64,000 nt of DNA from Eledone cirrhosa (taxonomy: Eukaryota), in assembly GCA_964016885.1 (NCBI GenBank), contig OZ024743.1, positions 177,196,001 to 177,260,000 of the forward strand. Direction: 5' to 3'. Positions 56,611-64,000 of the stretch are shown piece after piece. Position numbers and translations under genes: made by a program. The stretch's first letter is position 1, and each line of letters begins with the position of its first letter. The notes below the pieces were generated by a model. The model searched no databases. It saw only the letters and a list, made by a program, of their open reading frames with translations, and had not been told where the DNA came from.

Positions 56611-59600
56611 ATGACCCTCCCAAAGTATAACAATATCGGTTTCAACACACGATTTCAGATAAAGAATCTTGCTAAACAAATTCAGAAACGAAATATCGTA
56701 AGCCTTAGCCAGGCTAACAAGATACTGAAAACCACCATGTTCTGTTGTCTACGAAAACCCATAACATCTCGACAACTACACTTCATAAAAGAATGTGCCT
56801 CGTCCCGTGTTTACAGAAACACCTTCAACACCGACGTAAGAAGATTACAACTCACCAAAAAACAAGCAAATAGGCTAAAACGAACACTAATTCTAAACAT
56901 AAAAAAGAAGATCTATAGAGAATTAAGCCATCAAGAAAAACATAAGCGTAACATAATACAAGAAATAGCTAGGATCACCACACCAAGAGAGAAACTAATA
57001 TTTATAAGCCTTATACGTCCTGAAGAACAGTACATTACTCAAGAATGTGATAAGCACTTTAACAAGAAACTAAAGTGGCTTAAGCAGATAAAGCTAAATC
57101 AGTATACTGTAGAGAATACCAATAGATATCCCGACAAAATCGACGGTATAAATATGGCCGACACCTCATTAACAGATGACTTCAACAACAACAACAACAC
57201 AAATATATACGGCAACACGGTAATAGATGACGATGAGTTATCTGTATTACTTCTACCACCGAAATTTGCGACATTCAAGAAGGTAAATATGATTAGTTGT
57301 CTGTCAGAAATAGAAAAATCATTTACAAAACTACGTTGGAGCCTCAAAAACAAAAACAAAAACAAAAGTAACAATATACGCACACACATATACAACACAT
57401 ATCCCAACAACAACAGATACACAGACACAAACAACAATAATAACAACACACACACCACCACCAACGACAACAACAATAATAACATACCCAGAAACAACAA
57501 CAACAGACACGCAGACACAAACAACAATAACAACACACACAACAATAATAACACACACGGAGACAACAACAACACACATCAACAACAGCACACATCAACA
57601 ACAACAACACACACACATTCAATGCCTCTCACCACCACCACAATCTTAACAAACACACAGACACAGAAAACAAGTAATGACAGTAGCACAGAAATCACAG
57701 AAATAAGGGAAAGTAATAGGATTAAAAGGAGAAGGGAGACTAAGGACAAAGAAAATAACCAAGACGAACACACAGACACACAAAATAGGGTAGATAACAA
57801 CAATGAGCCAGTGGAAAGAGGCAGGAGTAATTATGAGAGACATAGAAACAACCATGAGGCTGTTGGTGGAAATAGAAATAGAAACAACACAACTAACAAT
57901 AACAATAGGACTAGTACACATAAAGCAGCAGCCTGGAACTCTACTTTTTATAATCTTTCTGATAATTCGTTCGACCTGCGACGAGTCCACGCCACGACTT
58001 TACCACTTAACAAACGTACGCAATTGCCGTCGCAGGTCGATGAACAAACAGAAACACAATTTAGTATAGCTAGATCCGAACTTAGAAATATTATAGAACA
58101 GTATAGCAAGAAGCATAATAGAATGGAGGCCCAGCAACTGGGAGAAAAATCTGCAAATGGCTTGCGTAAGCTCATGCAGCGCTCGCGTAATGGAGAGATA
58201 GCATGCTTTCCAACAGACAAGTCTGGCAGAATGTCGGTTGACAGCCTGCCAAACTACATCCAGGCAATGCAACCCCACATCACTAACACAAGAGAGGTAA
58301 CACCACAGGAGCATGAGGATAGAGAAAAAGCCCTCAATGCCCATATGGTGATGTGGACGAATATAATGCAGCCCAACAAAAGGACTGCCAACAACTTCCA
58401 GGCCTGGAACAATGACGTGCCGGCGTTGTATGGGCTTCGAAAAGACCATAAAACGGGCAGTGACCCTGTCACGGGACCACCAACACGGCCAGTCTGTGGG
58501 GCTAAGATTGCTAGTAACTACAGACTGTCCTACTTCATCTCCCTGATCATACGCCCCATCATTGAAATGTCCCCAGATGTATGTGACAGCACGGAGGACC
58601 TCCTCAGCAGAAACGGCGAGAGTAACCGATCTAGGGACCTAACAAACTGCATAATAGGTAGTATGGATGTTGTGTCCCTGTATCCATCTATTGACGTGGA
58701 TTTTGCTGTGGAGAAATGCGTAGAAATAATCAGTGAGAGCAATGTTGAGTTCCGTGGGATTGATACCAGTGAGCTGGGACTCCTACTTAAACTTACCTAT
58801 AGTAATAATTACCTAGACACATATGACCTTAGCAACCTGTGCCCTACAAGACCAGCAAGAGGCAGACCACCTACCATTACCTCAATGGCCAAGAAAACCT
58901 ACACAGATAGATGGAACAGGTGGACCAGAGCCATACGGACACCCGAAAACCACGATGAACTGAAGAAAATGATTGCACATGCGGTAGGGGCCAGCATAAA
59001 ACTAACCCTTAAGGAATATATGTTCAAATTTAATGGAAGAACATATGCCCAAGAGGAAGGAGCATCCATTGGTGTTAGCATTGCAGGCGACATAGCTAAC
59101 TTATTCATGGTATGGTGGGAGAGTAGACTTAAACTTAAACTTAAAGAACAATTAGAAGACCCCTTAACCCTGATAATGTACTCTCGCTACGGTGATGATA
59201 TAAACATCGTAATGAAGACACCCCCACTAGAGAACAGTCAGGAACTAGAGAAAAACACAATGGAAAGCATCCAGCAAATAGCTAACTCCATCCACCAGAG
59301 TATTAGAGTTACTATAGACTACCCAAGTAAACACCCCAACCATCGATTACCTGTACTAGACACATAGCTCTGGTTAGATACCATTAATAACAAAAAACAA
59401 ATCCTCCATTCCCATTATGCCAAACCCATGACTTCCAAACATCTGATCCACCGAAACTCGGCCGTTTCGGGCCATACCAAAATCAACATACTGATTGCGG
59501 ATTTGGTACGGGTGATGAGAAACGTGTCCCGCATGTGCAACCCCGAAGAACTAGAGAGGCACATACAACACTTCATCCACCGTATGCAGTTCTCTGGCTA

Positions 59601-60318
59601 CAATCAGAGAGATAGAATCAAAGTGTATAGAGGTGCCAGAACCAAATGGGAAAAAAGGGTAAATAATGGCATAAATGGGACCTGCCCCTTGTATAGGAGC
59701 AAATTTTGGAATAGAATAGAAAGAACTAGGAACAAGGCTGATAGAATAAACTCATGGTATGATAGCAATAAATACCAGAGTGTAATGTTCATTGATACAA
59801 CCCCTAGAGGTGAATTAGCTTACAAATTTAGAAGGGCCCCAGATAAACATAAACTCAATATTAAGATAGTAGAAAGACCAGGTACCTCCGTAAAAACACT
59901 TATTAGCAAGACATACCCTTTTCAAAGACCCTCATGTATAGATAAGAAATGTATAACCTGTAAAATAAGCCCCCATATTAACTGTAAAACTAGAAATGTA
60001 GTGTATAGCATAAGATGTACTGAAGGACAATGTAGAGACAAAAATATAGTGTACATAGGTGAGACAGCTCGTAGTGTAGGGGAACGGATAAATGAACACT
60101 GGCGAGACCTTCAAGATAGTAAAGAATCATCTGTACTCTACCAACATGCTAAAATAGAACACAAGGGTAAATTAGAGAACATTGAAATAAAAATAGAATC
60201 TACACACAGAAAAGACGCAATGTTTAAACAAATCACAGAGGCAATAAACATAAAAGAATTACAACCAAAATTAAATAGAAAATATGAGTGGAACAGCAAC
60301 ATCACAACTTACAATTAA
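56611..60318 (+). pseudogene. PLE RT/GIY-YIG polyprotein ORF with one premature TAG (59365-59367)
   Basis: Motifs TDKSG, LYGLRKDHK, RPVCG, SMDVVSLYPSID, GASIG, RYGDD, LPVLD, CxxxxCxxC linker, NVVYSIRC...VYIGETAR...RINEH...H...H and QITEA...LNRKYEW. The sister copy has GAG (Glu) at the TAG position and the frame continues. Confidence 0.93.
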
Positions 60319-60520
60319 GGACAAAATGAAAACACACACACACATAGAACAAACAACCAACCAGTAACATGTAAATAAACAAATAAATAAATGAACATAA
60401 ACACACACAGACACCCGGATGTGGTGCATGCGCAGACTGAGCACACAACGCACACACAGAAGCAAAATGGCGTAGGACAGAACAAAGGAGAGGCACAAAA
60501 AACAAAGAAAAGAATCCCCA

Positions 60521-60563
60521 GTCACTGAAGAGGTCACAGAGTGTGTGACGAAAGAACTATGAC
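60521..60563 (+). ncRNA. Minimal type I hammerhead ribozyme, downstream pLTR
   Basis: GTCA-CTGAAGA-G-GTCACA(GAGTG)TGTGAC-GAAA-GAAC-TA-TGAC. Confidence 0.7.
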
Positions 60564-61967
60564 AATATATAAACAACTATCTGGTTGTGGAACCAACCAA
60601 CCAACCAGAAATTTATAAATTTATAAATCTATAAATTTATTATATTAAATTGAAGTGAAAGCAACTGGTGCGTGTGTTTCTTATTGGCAACATGACCCTC
60701 CCAAAGTATAACAATATCGGTTTGAACACACGATTTCAGATAAAGAATCTTGCTAAACAAATTCAGAAACGAAATATATATATATATATATATATATGTA
60801 TTAACGTACATAATACTACTATTATTACAATATAAGACAACTTTCCCCTTCATCCACACTTGTACTTTCTTCTATATTTCTTTCCACCAATAAACATTGG
60901 CAACACAGGTAGAAATTACTTTTGTAAAAAAGTAATCATTTGGTTGTAACAAAAAATTAATTATTCTTGCAGTACACATAAATTGAGGTAGTTTGTCGTT
61001 TCAGCTTGGATACTTTGAACGCTATGTGACTTTCATATTAAGTATTATTTTAAAAACGATTTTCGGATTTTTACATTTTGGCATTAGGGATTCAGGATAT
61101 AAAAATCAAATATTCAACAAAAAATTCAATAAGAAAATCAAATGAATATAAATAAAAAAATAATTTCTTAAAACTTAAATTTAAAAAATATTAAATTTCT
61201 ATTTTGTTTTTCATCAGAGCTGATTAGAGTTAAAGGATTTACAGCTGCAATAAATTGTCATTGCGGTTTAAACCGGAGATGACTGGGTAATTGATTGGAT
61301 TTCTAGTTAAAGACTAATTTTCGAAATAATGGAAGTGATGTTCAACAAGAAAGCATTCGTATTGCAGTTTCACTTTCTGAAAAGTGATAATTCTGTTATT
61401 TTTTTTCAGTTCCAAAATATTAAGAATACTAATACAAGCAAAATACGAGATCTGTCGATAAAATATCAGACTTTAGGCTGGGGGAGAATAATCTCTAAAA
61501 CATTACGAACTTCGGCGGGGTTGGTTATTAATCAATTTTGAAGTGTGCCCACTGTACTGCCACACGCCTAGCTCAGTCATCCTTCAACTGGTCGAAGCAT
61601 TTCTGGAATATCTTTAGCTGCGATCAAGCCAGAAACGTTTCAGCACCGACTCGTATGCGATTTCACTTTGATTTCCTAACGCCATTACTTACCACAGGCA
61701 AAAAAAAAATAAAATAAAATAACTTCAAATGTCTACGAAGAAAAACAAAAAAAAAAAGATAAGCTAAGAATAGAGAATTGATGAAAATTACAATTTCGAA
61801 AAAAAAATCTAGAATTTTGGACTAAGCCGATTAGGTATTTCAACTCAATAGGAAATTATCAATTTGAGTCATATGATGAAACGCGGTATTTCACCCCGCA
61901 CAACACAGAGTAAGGAAAATTGTGAACACTAGATTAATACTGTAAATAACCCTTTTTGTACAGCCGA

Positions 61968-62045
<78 letters not shown>

Positions 62046-62639
62046 ACATACACGCACACACATATATATATATATATATAATATATATATATATATTGAC
62101 TGGATGTATTAACCACCGGAATCAACTTGTTTGGTTTTGGTTTTATATATAATTCTATACGACAACACCCAACTACCATATGTCACACACACACGTCATT
62201 CCTCCTCCCACACATGTATGTGTATTTAACTGGAGTCACCATCTCTGACAGGAATCTTTTCTGCCTCTCTACACCTCCTACATGATGTCTATTAATGTAT
62301 TCTGCCTCTGTACCCCTCCTATATGATATCTATTAACATAGATGAATGTATTCATTTTATTTATGGAATATATCGTGTAAATACAATTTGATAGAGAAAG
62401 AAAAAATGAAATTTATATCGAGAAGAATGAAATGCAAAATAGGAAAATATGAAGAAAAAAAAAAGAAAAAGAAGGGAAAGGGAGGGAATGATAAGGGTCC
62501 TATTGTCACCTAAGAATGGGGAGAGGGAGGGGAAGGATTATTGAGATTTGTGCCTAGGGCAGAGAGAGAAACTGCTGCGTTACAGTGAAATATAAACATG
62601 GAATCCTTGGTCGTGATAACTTAATATGTATTGAAGATT

Positions 62640-63500
62640 AATGACCCTATCCACAATGAAAGACTAATGAAAGTATTTTCCTCTAGTATTTGCTTTCGAC
62701 TTTGAACAGTCTTTAATGCTTCTTATTCAGTAGTTACCTCTGGGAAATCAACTCAACCATTATAACGAGAAATTTCCCCGTCACGTAACTTTAGAAATAT
62801 TATCTTTGTCTCATACCACTTAAATCATCCAGGCTAGTTATAAATACTAAAGGATTTCTCTCGCTTTATTTTACTTGTTATATTTCGTTATTCAGGGCGT
62901 GCATTCTTTTTCCTCTTGCATGCTTATTTGTCTCGAAACTCAAAGTAAGCAATTATAATCTCTCAGAACACTGCAAACTCAAATAGTACTAGCATCATCA
63001 CCAGCACGAATGCCACGTCGATGAAGGGCAGATATAATGTGGGGCAAAAGGACAATAGCTTCCCTCCGCAGAGAAGGGGATCACCAGCAATGGCTGTAGC
63101 AATTTATTTGTCCCTTCTGTTGTGCTTTTTAGTTTTATCCCTTTGACAACTAGAACTATATTTTTAACAAAAAGTATTTAATGTCCATACTGTGGCAAAA
63201 TTCATATTTTTTCTCAACTTTAGAGACGTCAGATTGCTATCAGAACAATATTCTAATGAAAAAAATTTACTGTCACTTGGAGTCATCAACATTTTTCTAC
63301 GTAAGCGACATTTTTTGTCTTTGCAGACACGAATCGTTCTCGTCACATCACATATTACGTGTATCGAAGGTTCTGAAGCAAAATTTTTCTGATAATGTGC
63401 CATTGAAACCATAAGCTCCTTAGCAATAGCTCCAATTACCTTTCTGGGGTTCTTAAATCACCGCACCTTTCGTACAAATGTGAGTGTACTGGTGGTATTG
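62640..63500 (-). pseudogene. Possible heavily decayed Helitron Pif1 helicase remnant
   Basis: Scattered motif traces in the expected order: GAIAKELMVSMAH, KLLQ...GDPLLCGGK (PFGGK-like), LKLRDGE (LxIGDG-like). Confidence 0.4.
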
Positions 63501-64000
63501 GGACTATTAGCAGGTGCTTTACTTTGTCTACTGCAGCGTCTTCAAGCTCCTTCAGAACTTTGGCAACAGTTTTCAAGAACCTTTTTATTTGCTGAGTTTG
63601 CTTGATGTCATCATTTATCTGAAAAGAAATAATAATCAGAACAAATTAACAAAAAGAGTTAGAGATATTAAAAGAAGTGTCCTGAAAGAACTGAGCATCC
63701 CTATAATAGTTGGTGTTCTTAAATAGATATTGAGGTTGCTTTGACGTGATCAAAGAGAGACTTATGTATGTTTATTATACATAAAAATATTGTATATGCC
63801 TCTATTTTCCCCATCATGTATAATTTCATTTTAAATTTATGTATAACTGGTCAGAATATTTGCAGTGGCTTCGCTGGTTGTGCAATATGTGAATGACAGA
63901 GCAGAAGTGAGCTGAGAGAATATTTTAGTTAAATATACTGTGCAAGTGTGACGATTGTTCTGATATGGACATATGATACGGCAGAGTGAGAGTTGGATAA

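Larger units (their letters stand above)
55737..60777 (+). mobile_element. Near full-length Penelope-like retroelement (GIY-YIG EN+, possibly Naiad/Neptune-type) with tandem pseudo-LTRs and an inverted 5' tail
   Basis: Direct repeats at 56023-56697 and 60104-60777 (about 675 bp). Inverted partial pLTR at 55737-56020. Internal RT-EN ORF. Flanked by (TA)n on both sides. Confidence 0.95.

Noticed and set aside
60319-60700. SECIS element in the PLE 3' UTR
   Set aside because: The ATGA...AA...GA candidates (for example 60559-60592) lack a pairable helix II by eye.

Overview
AT-rich, (TA)n/(CA)n-rich animal genomic DNA; the repeat and SINE content suggests a cephalopod (octopus-like), which is an inference. 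One host gene is visible: the 5' half of a minus-strand DEG/ENaC (ASIC-like) channel with six phase-consistent GT-AG coding exons between 28110 and 7064. Its 3' exons were not found and probably lie left of the window. The rest is transposon-derived. It includes a near full-length Penelope-like element (PLE; RT plus GIY-YIG, tandem pseudo-LTRs, inverted 5' tail, Asn/Thr-rich insert, one nonsense codon) next to a tail-to-tail truncated sister copy, and several other PLE 3' remnants. There is also a decayed L1/Tx1 LINE, RTE, CRE and R4-like fragments, tRNA-derived SINEs, Helitron ends, MITE-like foldbacks and minisatellites. The main hidden signal is about 12 minimal type I hammerhead ribozyme motifs (CUGANGA...GAAA...UH), apparently from several PLE families. 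They range from intact cores to specific lesions, and some lie on the sense strand of the channel pre-mRNA. Most short ORFs in the track are microsatellite artefacts.
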